Assembly: GCA_964549385.1 (NCBI GenBank)
Contig: CAZJVI010000002.1
Span: 1 to 51,105, forward strand
From: an uncultured Gammaproteobacteria bacterium
Lineage (GTDB): Bacteria > Patescibacteriota > Microgenomatia > Levybacterales > UBA12049
Length of the DNA: 51,105 nt
Direction: 5' to 3'
Below the pieces are notes generated by a model that worked only from the letters and a program-made list of their open reading frames with translations, did no database searches and was not told the DNA's origin. Positions 38,157-46,229 of the stretch are shown piece by piece; position 1 is the first letter of the stretch, and every line of letters starts with the position of its first letter. The position numbers were made by a program, and so were the translations under genes.

Positions 38157-39284
38157 CTATTGCAGATATGGGAGTGGATTCACTAATTGACCGTTTACCT
38201 GGATTTCGAAATGGACATGAGGACCTGTTGTATTACCAGTCACACCGATCCAACCGATGACTGTCTGTCCACCCGTAACATGTTCACCAACAGAAACATT
38301 AACTGATTCCATATGTGCATAGTGATATCGAACTCCATCTCCTTTGTTTACCCAAACATTGTTACCATATCCCGTATCATACGTTCCTACACTTACATAA
38401 TCTACGGTGCCGCTGCTTGCCGCAATAAGTGGTGTCCCAATTGGTGCCGCAATATCAAGCGCCACATGATAGAAAGAAGCAAACTGAGTAATAATACCTT
38501 GTGTCGGCCACGTAAATCCATCATTAGTAACAGGTATAGGACCAGTTGCCACAACGACGTATGGTTTTACTGTCTCTTGTGCTGAAGGTTCAATACCGTT
38601 AGGAACAATAAGTGTTTCCCCTGTTACTAACCCAAACTTTACTCCATTACCAGCAAATTCATTAAACGGATAATCAACAATATTTTGCGGATCAATGTTA
38701 TATTTCTTTGCAACTGTGTAAACAGTATCGCCACTTTGCACTTTATAGGCGATTCCAGTTACGGGCAATATCTGAAGTGACTGACCAACAGTTAATGTAT
38801 CAGTGTTGAGATTGTTTGCCCAACGGATAGTATTTGCTGAAATATTAAATTTGTTTGCAACTGTTCCTAAGGTATCTCCCCGCTCAACTTGATAGATAAT
38901 AATTTTATCTCTAGGTTTGCTTGAGATATTGGTTTGGAAAACTTCTTCGCCAGTAAGCGCTGATTGTTTTTCAGCTGATGAGGAAGCTAAAGATAAATTA
39001 TTCGTTTGATCAGCAAAAATGGGGTATGTTTCAGCCAAAAAAGGCGCAATCAGAACTCCTATTCCGAGAACGCCCATGGTGGTCAAATGTAAAAACGGCC
39101 TGTTGTAGCGGCCGCGTTTCATAAGAAAAAATTTAACAAGGGTATTCTTATTCTTTTCAAAGCGGACGGAAAAATTAATCAGCTTTTTTTTGCCGTAATA
39201 AAATAGAAATTCAGAGAATTCTTTTGTTTCCTTTGTGATATTTGCAACCAACAAAGCAAATTTGTGAGAAGACCTTCTATGCAT
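38157..39284 (-). CDS. LysM-domain M23 family metallopeptidase
   Basis: Two LysM repeats (YQVERGDTLGTVANKFNISANTIRWANNL and YKVQSGDTVYTVAKKYNIDPQNI). M23 motifs YAHMESV and GNTTGPHVHFEI. The true start may be the internal MKRGRYN at 39122. Confidence 0.85.
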   Translation of the reverse strand: MHRRSSHKFALLVANITKETKEFSEFLFYYGKKKLINFSVRFEKNKNTLVKFFLMKRGRYNRPFLHLTTMGVLGIGVLIAPFLAETYPIFADQTNNLSLASSSAEKQSALTGEEVFQTNISSKPRDKIIIYQVERGDTLGTVANKFNISANTIRWANNLNTDTLTVGQSLQILPVTGIAYKVQSGDTVYTVAKKYNIDPQNIVDYPFNEFAGNGVKFGLVTGETLIVPNGIEPSAQETVKPYVVVATGPIPVTNDGFTWPTQGIITQFASFYHVALDIAAPIGTPLIAASSGTVDYVSVGTYDTGYGNNVWVNKGDGVRYHYAHMESVNVSVGEHVTGGQTVIGWIGVTGNTTGPHVHFEIQVNGQLVNPLPYLQ

Positions 39285-39415
39285 ATGCAGATTTCGGTAA
39301 CAGCACAGTAAAGCTCATACTGGTCCCGACCAAATCGGGAAAGGGACAGTGCCGGTTTCAAAGGATGATAGTACCAAATTTGACCTTTTGAGTCAAATTT
39401 TGAGGCTAAAAACCA

Positions 39416-40762
39416 TTATGATTTACCCAAAGTTTCGAGGAATTCGTCGTTTGATTTTGCTTTGCCAAGACGCTCAACAAAAATACTTGTCCGCTCATCT
39501 GCTCCAAGCATATCCATCATGCGGCGCATCGTTACAATCTTCTTGTAGGCATCTTCCGCAAGGATTCGCTCTTCTCCACGAGTTCCGGATCGTTCTATAT
39601 TGATTGCAGGGAAAATACGTCGCTCTGCCAAACGTCGATCCAAATGCAATTCCATATTACCGGTTCCTTTGAATTCTTCATAAATTAAATCATCCATTCG
39701 AGAGCCTGTCTCAATAAGTGCAGTCCCAATGATTGTTAAGCTGCCACCTTCTTGGCAATTGCGTGCCGCGCCGAAGAAACGTTTTGCCGGATGCAGTGCT
39801 GCTGGATCAAATCCTCCCGAAAGTGTTCTTCCACTTGGCTCAACGGCAAGATTGTATGCTCGAGCAAGTCTCGTAATTGAATCAAGCAGGATAACAACGT
39901 CTTTGCCTAATTCAACCAATCGCTTTGCACGATCTAAGGTAATCTCAGCAACACGTGTTTGATTTTCAGGTGGTTCATCAAAATTGCTTGCAACAACTTC
40001 TCCACGGACTGACATGCTAATATCAGTTACCTCTTCCGGCCGCTCGCCAATAAGTGCTGCCATCAAATGCACATCAGGGAAATTCTTTGAAATACCCGCA
40101 GCGATATCTTTCAAAATTGTTGTCTTTCCCGCTTTTGGTGGAGAGACAATCATTCCGCGCTGACCAAATCCAATTGGCGCAATGAGATCAATCATTCTTG
40201 TTGACAAGGGCGTTGTATCAGTTGCTAATAATACTTGCTTGTTAGGATAAATTGGTGTCAAATCGTCAAAATATGGTCGTCTGACAGCATCATCTGCGGC
40301 AATACCATTTACTTTTTCAACTTTGAGGAGACCATAATATCGCTCGGTGTCTTTTGGCGGACGAGCAATCCCTTCTACCAAATCGCCAGGTCTAAGCATG
40401 AAACGTCGTATTTGAGATTGTGAAATATAAATATCACGATTTGAATGAATAAATTTAGGTCGTAAAAATCCATGACCTTCAGGCTGTGTGTCAAGAAAAC
40501 CCTTCACTTCTTCAGTTGGGGTGTTTTGCTGATTTTGATAATGACCATATGATTGCTGAGAAGACGAACCATTATCTCCTGCTCTGTCACCGCCAATATG
40601 AATTCTATGAGGTCGTGCAGGTGCTTCTTCAACTTTTTCAGAAGGTGCATCAGCAATTGCAACATCAGACGTTGTTTCTTTTTTTTCTTCAGCAACCGTG
40701 TCTAACTCAGGTTTGCCAATAAGCTCATCAATTGTTTTGGATTGTGTTTTTTTAGTTGTCAT
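39416..40762 (-). CDS. rho: Transcription termination factor Rho
   Basis: Walker A SPPKAGKTTIL, RNA-binding region GFLRPKF...IYISQSQIRRFMLRPGDLVEG, and a disordered N-terminal extension. Confidence 0.93.
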   Translation of the reverse strand: MTTKKTQSKTIDELIGKPELDTVAEEKKETTSDVAIADAPSEKVEEAPARPHRIHIGGDRAGDNGSSSQQSYGHYQNQQNTPTEEVKGFLDTQPEGHGFLRPKFIHSNRDIYISQSQIRRFMLRPGDLVEGIARPPKDTERYYGLLKVEKVNGIAADDAVRRPYFDDLTPIYPNKQVLLATDTTPLSTRMIDLIAPIGFGQRGMIVSPPKAGKTTILKDIAAGISKNFPDVHLMAALIGERPEEVTDISMSVRGEVVASNFDEPPENQTRVAEITLDRAKRLVELGKDVVILLDSITRLARAYNLAVEPSGRTLSGGFDPAALHPAKRFFGAARNCQEGGSLTIIGTALIETGSRMDDLIYEEFKGTGNMELHLDRRLAERRIFPAINIERSGTRGEERILAEDAYKKIVTMRRMMDMLGADERTSIFVERLGKAKSNDEFLETLGKS

Positions 40763-40939
40763 AGACGTTTATTGTTATATGGAAACTGATAAATGGAAAA
40801 TATGAATTAAATTAACTTAACCATTGTTACGGGAAAACTATATAAAGAAGCTTCGGACGCGTAATTATGCATGTATTACATCATATTTTGTTTTTTTTGT
40901 CAAGTCGCGTCTGATACGATCAAGCGCAACGCGAATAAA

Positions 40940-41335
40940 TCAATTCCCATAAAGTTTTGGAATCTTTAATGATGATAGCCCATTCCCTGTAAAAAAGACA
41001 AGTACGGTGTTGACGATAAAAAATCCCAATAAAGAAATAACCAGTCCGATTATTGCTGCGAATAATCTCCCCCGTGCGGCTGCAACTTTTTGTTTATCGC
41101 CGCCAGATGTAATATATTGTACGCCGCCCCATACAAGGAAAATTAAGCAAATGAGAATCGCAATAATGAGAAGTAATTGGACAACAGCACCTACGATACC
41201 TCCTGCATGATTGGCATTTATATTGCACAAACTACTCCATGTCCCCGTCGGACAAAGTGGCTCATCTGCAAAAGCTGTTTGAGCAAAGCTCATTGTGGAA
41301 ACAATAATAGATAGACTGGCTGCAAACTTTTTCAT
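40940..41335 (-). CDS. Small membrane protein resembling TrbC/VirB2-type (T4SS-like) pilins
   Basis: Signal peptide ending AFA, two TM helices, and the motif WGGVQYITSGGDKQKVAAARGRLFAAIIGLVI that recurs in pilin-like proteins of small-genome bacteria. Confidence 0.45.
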   Translation of the reverse strand: MKKFAASLSIIVSTMSFAQTAFADEPLCPTGTWSSLCNINANHAGGIVGAVVQLLLIIAILICLIFLVWGGVQYITSGGDKQKVAAARGRLFAAIIGLVISLLGFFIVNTVLVFFTGNGLSSLKIPKLYGN

Positions 41336-41437
41336 TCTCTTCTTTTATAGTAATAACTTGCCTATGCTAATGTCAAGAAAGGATTTAAAATACTATTGAC
41401 ATTTTTTACCTAGTCATGTAGAGTAGCAACAAGCTCT

Positions 41438-41764
41438 ATGAAGATATTTTTAGTCATACTATGTACAATTGTTGTCTTTTGTTTGTGCCCACAGCAGATA
41501 TTTGCTGATGGGAGCTGTTTTACGCTTAATAACGGTGGAACAACGACACAGCAGCTTTGCATAACCCCAACAGTTTGGCCAACTCCAGCACCTTTTATTG
41601 AGAATATCCCATCGCAAAATGCAAATCCGGTATACTCTCCAGTAAAGACAAAAACTACTCCAGATACAGGACCAGCGGATTGGACATTACCGAGCTTAGT
41701 GCTTCTTGCAGCATTAGGATTTTTATTGAGAGGCAAAACGAAACTTCCACTCAAAACCCACTAA
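41438..41764 (+). CDS. Small secreted protein with an LPXTG-like sorting signal
   Basis: Signal peptide MKIFLVILCTIVVFCLCPQQIFA. C-terminal TPDTG followed by a hydrophobic stretch (LPSLVLLAALGFLL) and basic RGKTK. It is preferred over the fully overlapping antisense ORF at 41410-41754. Confidence 0.45.
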   Translation: MKIFLVILCTIVVFCLCPQQIFADGSCFTLNNGGTTTQQLCITPTVWPTPAPFIENIPSQNANPVYSPVKTKTTPDTGPADWTLPSLVLLAALGFLLRGKTKLPLKTH

Positions 41765-41932
41765 AAAGAGTCTACCAAAAAATTCAACGATAAAACCATA
41801 TGACCATTTTGACCATTTTTTGTGCCTAAAACTTGACAAGAAAAACAAAATTGTGTAGGATTGCCTCTCCTGCCATGAAATAAAACAGACAAAAATTCTT
41901 CTGCCCTTCGTGAGCTCTACAAAAATACCCAT

Positions 41933-42700
41933 ATGAAATTCAAAGATTCTGTTGTCACTGTTATTCTACCTGTTTATAATGCAAGTAAATATTTGCCGGA
42001 TTGTCTGTCAAGTCTCGAATTGCAAACTCATCGAGATCTACAGATTATTGCAATTGATGACCACTCACGTGACGATTCATTAAAAGTCCTTCGACAGTAT
42101 AAGAAAAATTTTGATAATTTTGAAATTTATTCTAATAAAAAGCGTTATGGATTAGCAGTCTGCTATAACCGAGCGATTAAACGCGCACGAGGGAAATTTG
42201 TTGCCTTTATGAATCCCCATGATATTAACGCAATAAGCCGCTTCAAACGCCAAGTAAACTTCTTACTGAACAATCCGAGAACAGTTGCCGTTGGCACTCA
42301 GTACACCAGGATTGATGACTCAAATAAACGGCTTGAGAAAAGTGATCTTCCTGAAGAGCATGAAACGATCTATGATACACTCATTCACACATCTTCTCTT
42401 CAACCTGAAACAGTCATGATCAACCGAACACTCCTCCCGAAAGATTTGCTTTATTTTAGAAACAATAAATATCCATTTATTTATACTGAAGTTTTTGTCA
42501 AATTCTTCCAATATGGCAAGATAGCAAACATTAAACAGTCACTTTACTTCCATCGTGAAGGGATAAAACGTGCAGGAAGAAAAGCATCAAGACTAAATAA
42601 AACGATATCAATGATCAAACTCTGGCTCTCCTCACGCTCAAATTACGACTACAAGCCATCAGTCAAATCCATGCTACCGCAGTTGGTGAAGGGAGTATAA
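41933..42700 (+). CDS. Family 2 glycosyltransferase
   Basis: VTVILPVYNASKYLPDCLSSLELQTHRDLQIIAIDDHSRDDS is the canonical GT2 N terminus with a DDxS motif. Confidence 0.8.
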   Translation: MKFKDSVVTVILPVYNASKYLPDCLSSLELQTHRDLQIIAIDDHSRDDSLKVLRQYKKNFDNFEIYSNKKRYGLAVCYNRAIKRARGKFVAFMNPHDINAISRFKRQVNFLLNNPRTVAVGTQYTRIDDSNKRLEKSDLPEEHETIYDTLIHTSSLQPETVMINRTLLPKDLLYFRNNKYPFIYTEVFVKFFQYGKIANIKQSLYFHREGIKRAGRKASRLNKTISMIKLWLSSRSNYDYKPSVKSMLPQLVKGV

Positions 42701-42910
42701 AATAGTAAAGCTTTTTTAAACAGACTTCTCTTGTTTGAATTCAGTATTTCCTTTACATTTTGAACATCGGTTTTAAAATGAGACAATATCTTCTACAGCT
42801 TCTTCCTTTACTCTACCTGCTTGCATGCATTTTCCGAAATGTATCGTAACTTATTCAATATTCCAAACTTAAATAAAGTATACTCTAATTTTTTATCTAT
42901 TGTTCACTAC

Positions 42911-44422
42911 TTACTTAAGCTGATCATCGGTAATCTCAAATTTTTGCATAAGAGCCTGAACATACCTGTTATGTTCCCCTTCGGGTGAGAAACACTCTAC
43001 AGCTTTTGTCAAAGCTTTTAAATTTTTAACATGTCTTACATTTATTTCTTTCATGGCTTGCTTATAGTACGGAGACGATTCACTACAAGCCTGCATAATT
43101 TGAGTATAATCTGCGCCCTTTAAATCAAAAAAAGCAGGGACTTTTTCTACTAATATATTCGCCAACAATTCCGGTGTTAACTCTGGCTGATCTCCAATAC
43201 CAAGTTCGTCTAATAAATCCTTTGACTTGTCAATATAGTTTCTGAATGACCGCATATGATTTGTATCACTTATCGTTACCTCTCCTGTAGGGTAATTGAT
43301 CATAATCTGATCTTCAGGAATAAGTCCTTCTCTTCTCATCATGTCTTCATAAATTTTAATATATGCTATAACTTCGGGTTTGAGTCCTGGTGTAGAAGGC
43401 GGTATTTCGTATTTGGAACTGTATAGTTTCCATAATTCTAATTTTTCTCCTGAAATTTTTTCCTGAACCATAACATATTCTCGATCCGGAATCACAGACA
43501 AACCTTCCGGATCTGGATCTCCGAAATTAGTATCAGTAATTACAAACTCTGTATATGGTATAAACCTCCTGCCAAAGTAGCTTTCTAAAAGTTCGTGTTC
43601 TTTATAAAGATCATTCCAATAATCGTCTATTGATCGCTCACCTTGTCTATCTGTTCTTTTACCTGCCTGTAATCTTTTGATGACTATATCATCATGATCA
43701 ACCATTTCATTTACTAACAGTGTCAATCCTACTCCCAGAGCTTTTTTATTTACCGCTTTATCTTTCAATGAAGATATCAATATTTGTTTGAAATTATCGT
43801 CGGCTTCTTCGAGAGATGGTGCATTTAATTCTTCATAACTCTCAACTTGTGAAATAACAAATTCAGCAACTTTATTTCCAAAAAAATTGTTATTTAATGT
43901 TTCTTCTGTTGACTTCCTATGATAAGTAGCGGCAGCTATATCGACAGCTGTTTTTTGTAAAGTAGTAACTTCTGCAGAGTCACCGACTAAGTCTATACCC
44001 GATGCAACTTGAGCTTGTCTACCAAGATGATTAACAGGCCCCCCAACTTCTGTTAGTTCCCCTTCATTTTGTAGCCCCGTAAAACTTTGTACAACTGATT
44101 CTCTTGGAGCTTCTGCAGCAGTCCATTCTTCTGGTACATATAATTCTGCCGTGTCTGGTTCTTGGGAAGATTTTCTTCCTCCAAAAAATCTTCCTCTCAA
44201 ACCTCTTAGTCTAGTTGCACCTTCTTGTCTAGAGTCATCTCCTTGCAAATCTTCTGGAGTTTTTGCTTGTAAAGCTCTGGCAGACTTCAGGCGATTAAAA
44301 ACACCTCGCACTTTTTGCTCTATTACTGCCCTTCTGCTTTGCCTTGCAGATTGTGTAGTGTCTGAATCTTCAGTGGCAGTTTGATCTTCATATGTGGGTT
44401 TAGCTTTTTCTAGAACGTCCAT
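42911..44422 (-). CDS. Hypothetical 503-aa protein (disordered N terminus, possible kinase-like core)
   Basis: Long ORF. The only weak resemblance is YVMVQEKISGEKL (hinge-like) and GEVTISDTNHM (catalytic-loop-like). This is not a confident call. Confidence 0.4.
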   Translation of the reverse strand: MDVLEKAKPTYEDQTATEDSDTTQSARQSRRAVIEQKVRGVFNRLKSARALQAKTPEDLQGDDSRQEGATRLRGLRGRFFGGRKSSQEPDTAELYVPEEWTAAEAPRESVVQSFTGLQNEGELTEVGGPVNHLGRQAQVASGIDLVGDSAEVTTLQKTAVDIAAATYHRKSTEETLNNNFFGNKVAEFVISQVESYEELNAPSLEEADDNFKQILISSLKDKAVNKKALGVGLTLLVNEMVDHDDIVIKRLQAGKRTDRQGERSIDDYWNDLYKEHELLESYFGRRFIPYTEFVITDTNFGDPDPEGLSVIPDREYVMVQEKISGEKLELWKLYSSKYEIPPSTPGLKPEVIAYIKIYEDMMRREGLIPEDQIMINYPTGEVTISDTNHMRSFRNYIDKSKDLLDELGIGDQPELTPELLANILVEKVPAFFDLKGADYTQIMQACSESSPYYKQAMKEINVRHVKNLKALTKAVECFSPEGEHNRYVQALMQKFEITDDQLK

Positions 44423-44619
44423 TAATTATCCTCTTCTCCCTCAAGGATATCACAACTATTCAAACTTTAGCTGTTACAAACTTCAACAGAAACGTCTTTT
44501 TTCTTTTCCCAAAGTTATCCACATCAATGTTTAAAACTTTAAATGGATTGGTATATCAGTCTATTTTGTCTATATAAAACTATGAGCTTATGATATTTTT
44601 TGATGAAAAATATTATAGG

Positions 44620-44648
44620 TTGACAGGGATGATTTGTTGTGCTAGTAT
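44620..44648 (+). promoter_or_regulatory. Sigma-70-like promoter candidate
   Basis: TTGACA (44620-44625), a 17-nt spacer, then TAGTAT (44643-44648), 12 nt upstream of the small ORF ATG. Confidence 0.3.
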
Positions 44649-44660
44649 TTAGGAACAATT

Positions 44661-44813
44661 ATGGAATTGCTCTTATCATTGCTTGGAAAAAAGAAAAATG
44701 AAGAACCAAAAACGCTTGCTGATTTTCAGCGAGAAGCTTTAGTAAGACAAGGAAAAGAGCAATTTCAAAAAATAATGGAATTAGGGCTCAGAGCCCCAGT
44801 TCAACTGGCGTAG
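44661..44813 (+). CDS. Small ORF, 50 aa: MELLLSLLGKKKNEEPKTLADFQREALVRQGKEQFQKIMELGLRAPVQLA
   Basis: It falls below the ORF-track length cutoff. It is preceded by the promoter-like element and an AGGAA 6 nt upstream. No homology recognised. Confidence 0.3.
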   Translation: MELLLSLLGKKKNEEPKTLADFQREALVRQGKEQFQKIMELGLRAPVQLA

Positions 44814-45168
44814 GTACTTTAACAGAAGAATAATCGCGGAAACAAACGGAACAATACGCTAAAAAACGCAGAAGAGGGTAACTTGCTTAATTCAGCGTAA
44901 GGTTCTGCATTGTTCAGCGATTTTCAAACAAAAAAAAGAGCATCACTTTCGTTACTCAAAAAATAAGTTCAGGTACGATAAGCAATGCTCTTAGGGTAAA
45001 CGGCTATTAGTCATTCAGGCAGGAATAAAACTAATTACCGAAATAAAAATACAAGAAATCAACGATGTTGTCAAGAAAAATAGACGAAGCTAAAAATAGA
45101 TTATTTTCTTGACAGATCAAGATTTTTCATGAAAACAGTTTTCACGTAATACTGCTAGTAAGATGCAT

Positions 45169-45240
45169 GCTCGTCTTTTTTGACGAGGTAGGGGCTTTGG
45201 GCAGGAGCTCTTACCTCTTCAGAGGAGACGAGCCTTTTTT
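45169..45240 (+). terminator. Compound hairpin ending in a T-run (intrinsic-terminator-like)
   Basis: gctcgtc (45169-45175) can pair with gacgag (45182-45187) or with gacgagc (45227-45233). The latter is followed by cttttttA. The inner hairpin is cctcttcagagg. Confidence 0.35.
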
Positions 45241-45250
45241 ATGAGGTCCC

Positions 45251-45330
45251 AGGTAAATAGGTTCTAGGTGCTAGTATAATATTATTTTTAGATATTTACC
45301 TATTACCTAGCCCCTAACACCTATTACCTA
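45251..45330. repeat. Family A heptad-phased palindromic element
   Basis: aggtaaataggttctaggtgctagtataatattatttttagatatttacctattacctagcccctaacacctattaccta, directly 3' of the yacL-like gene. Confidence 0.8.
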
Positions 45331-45332
45331 AA

Positions 45333-46145
45333 TCAAATCTTCTTTGCAAACAATATTCTTCCCGTTGCTTTTTGAATAATTCTTGCGACAACGACATCAA
45401 GCTCTTTGCCAAGAGCATCACTTGCCTCTTCAACAACAATCATTGTCCCATCATCAAGATAACCAACTCCTTGATCTTTATCTTTTCCAAGATGCGCAAT
45501 TTTAACATGCAAAGATTCACCTGGTACAGCAACTGCCTTGAGACAATTTGCAAGAGCATTCATATTCACTGCCACGACATTTTCAATACTTGCCTTTTTT
45601 TCCAAGTTATAATCACACGTAATAATTTTCCCTTTATGATATTTTGCGGTTTTAATAAGTCGCTCGTCTACTTCAATCCGCTCTGTTGATTGCGGTGTTT
45701 TTTCTTCAGGCATAACCATTACTCTTATCTGCTTTGCTTTACGCAATTTTTCTAGTGCCTCAAGACCTTTTCGACCGCGAACTCGTTTTACCGTATTTTG
45801 CGTATCGGCAAGATGCTTGAGTTCCAAAAGAATATGTGGCGTAATAACAACAATGCCGTTAAGAAGTCCCAAGTAGATAACATCAAAGATACGGCCATCA
45901 ATAATAGCAGAGGTATCCAAAAAAATCGCATTTTCTATTTTTTGGGTTTTCTTTACTGTCTTTTTCCGACTTCGCGATCGCATCATACTAGGTAAGCGGC
46001 TAATCAAAGTTTTTGAAACTTCATCTGCGATCGCTCCAATTAACCCCGGTGTAAGGGTTGATCTTTTTTCAACATCTGTTTTTTCAGGAATCACTTCTTC
46101 TTTTACCAGGGTTGCCGGTACTGATTTGTTTTTTTCTTTTTCCAT
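45333..46145 (-). CDS. PIN and TRAM domain protein (YacL-like)
   Basis: PIN N-terminal strand IFLDTSAIIDGRI and C-terminal TRAM-like GESLHVKIAHLGKDKDQGVGYLDDGTMIVVEEA. It is adjacent to radA, as in many bacteria. Confidence 0.7.
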   Translation of the reverse strand: MEKEKNKSVPATLVKEEVIPEKTDVEKRSTLTPGLIGAIADEVSKTLISRLPSMMRSRSRKKTVKKTQKIENAIFLDTSAIIDGRIFDVIYLGLLNGIVVITPHILLELKHLADTQNTVKRVRGRKGLEALEKLRKAKQIRVMVMPEEKTPQSTERIEVDERLIKTAKYHKGKIITCDYNLEKKASIENVVAVNMNALANCLKAVAVPGESLHVKIAHLGKDKDQGVGYLDDGTMIVVEEASDALGKELDVVVARIIQKATGRILFAKKI

Positions 46146-46157
46146 ATCTTGTCCGTG

Positions 46158-46229
46158 AGATTAAAGATTAATGAATACAGAATAAAGATCTTTAATCATT
46201 AATCGTTATTCTTTAATCTTATTTAATAC
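46158..46229. repeat. Family B heptad-phased palindromic element overlapping the radA stop codon
   Basis: Units gattaaa gattaat gaataca gaataaa gatcttt aatcatt aatcgtt attcttt aatctta. The last radA codons (KIKE, stop) are encoded by the right arm. Confidence 0.85.

Noticed and set aside
41410-41754. The 114-aa ORF on the minus strand, fully antisense to 41438-41764
   Set aside because: It has no signal, motif or start context. The plus-strand ORF has a clear signal peptide and a C-terminal sorting signal, so the minus frame is probably a shadow ORF.
44514-44522. A perfect DnaA box TTATCCACA, suggesting oriC
   Set aside because: There is only a single box, no cluster, and no dnaA/dnaN context, so it is compatible with chance.
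44814-45250. tmRNA or RNase P RNA in the long intergenic region
   Set aside because: It has no GGGG...ACCA tRNA-like ends, no tag-peptide reading frame, and no RNase P signatures (GAGGAAAGUCC, ACAGAAA).
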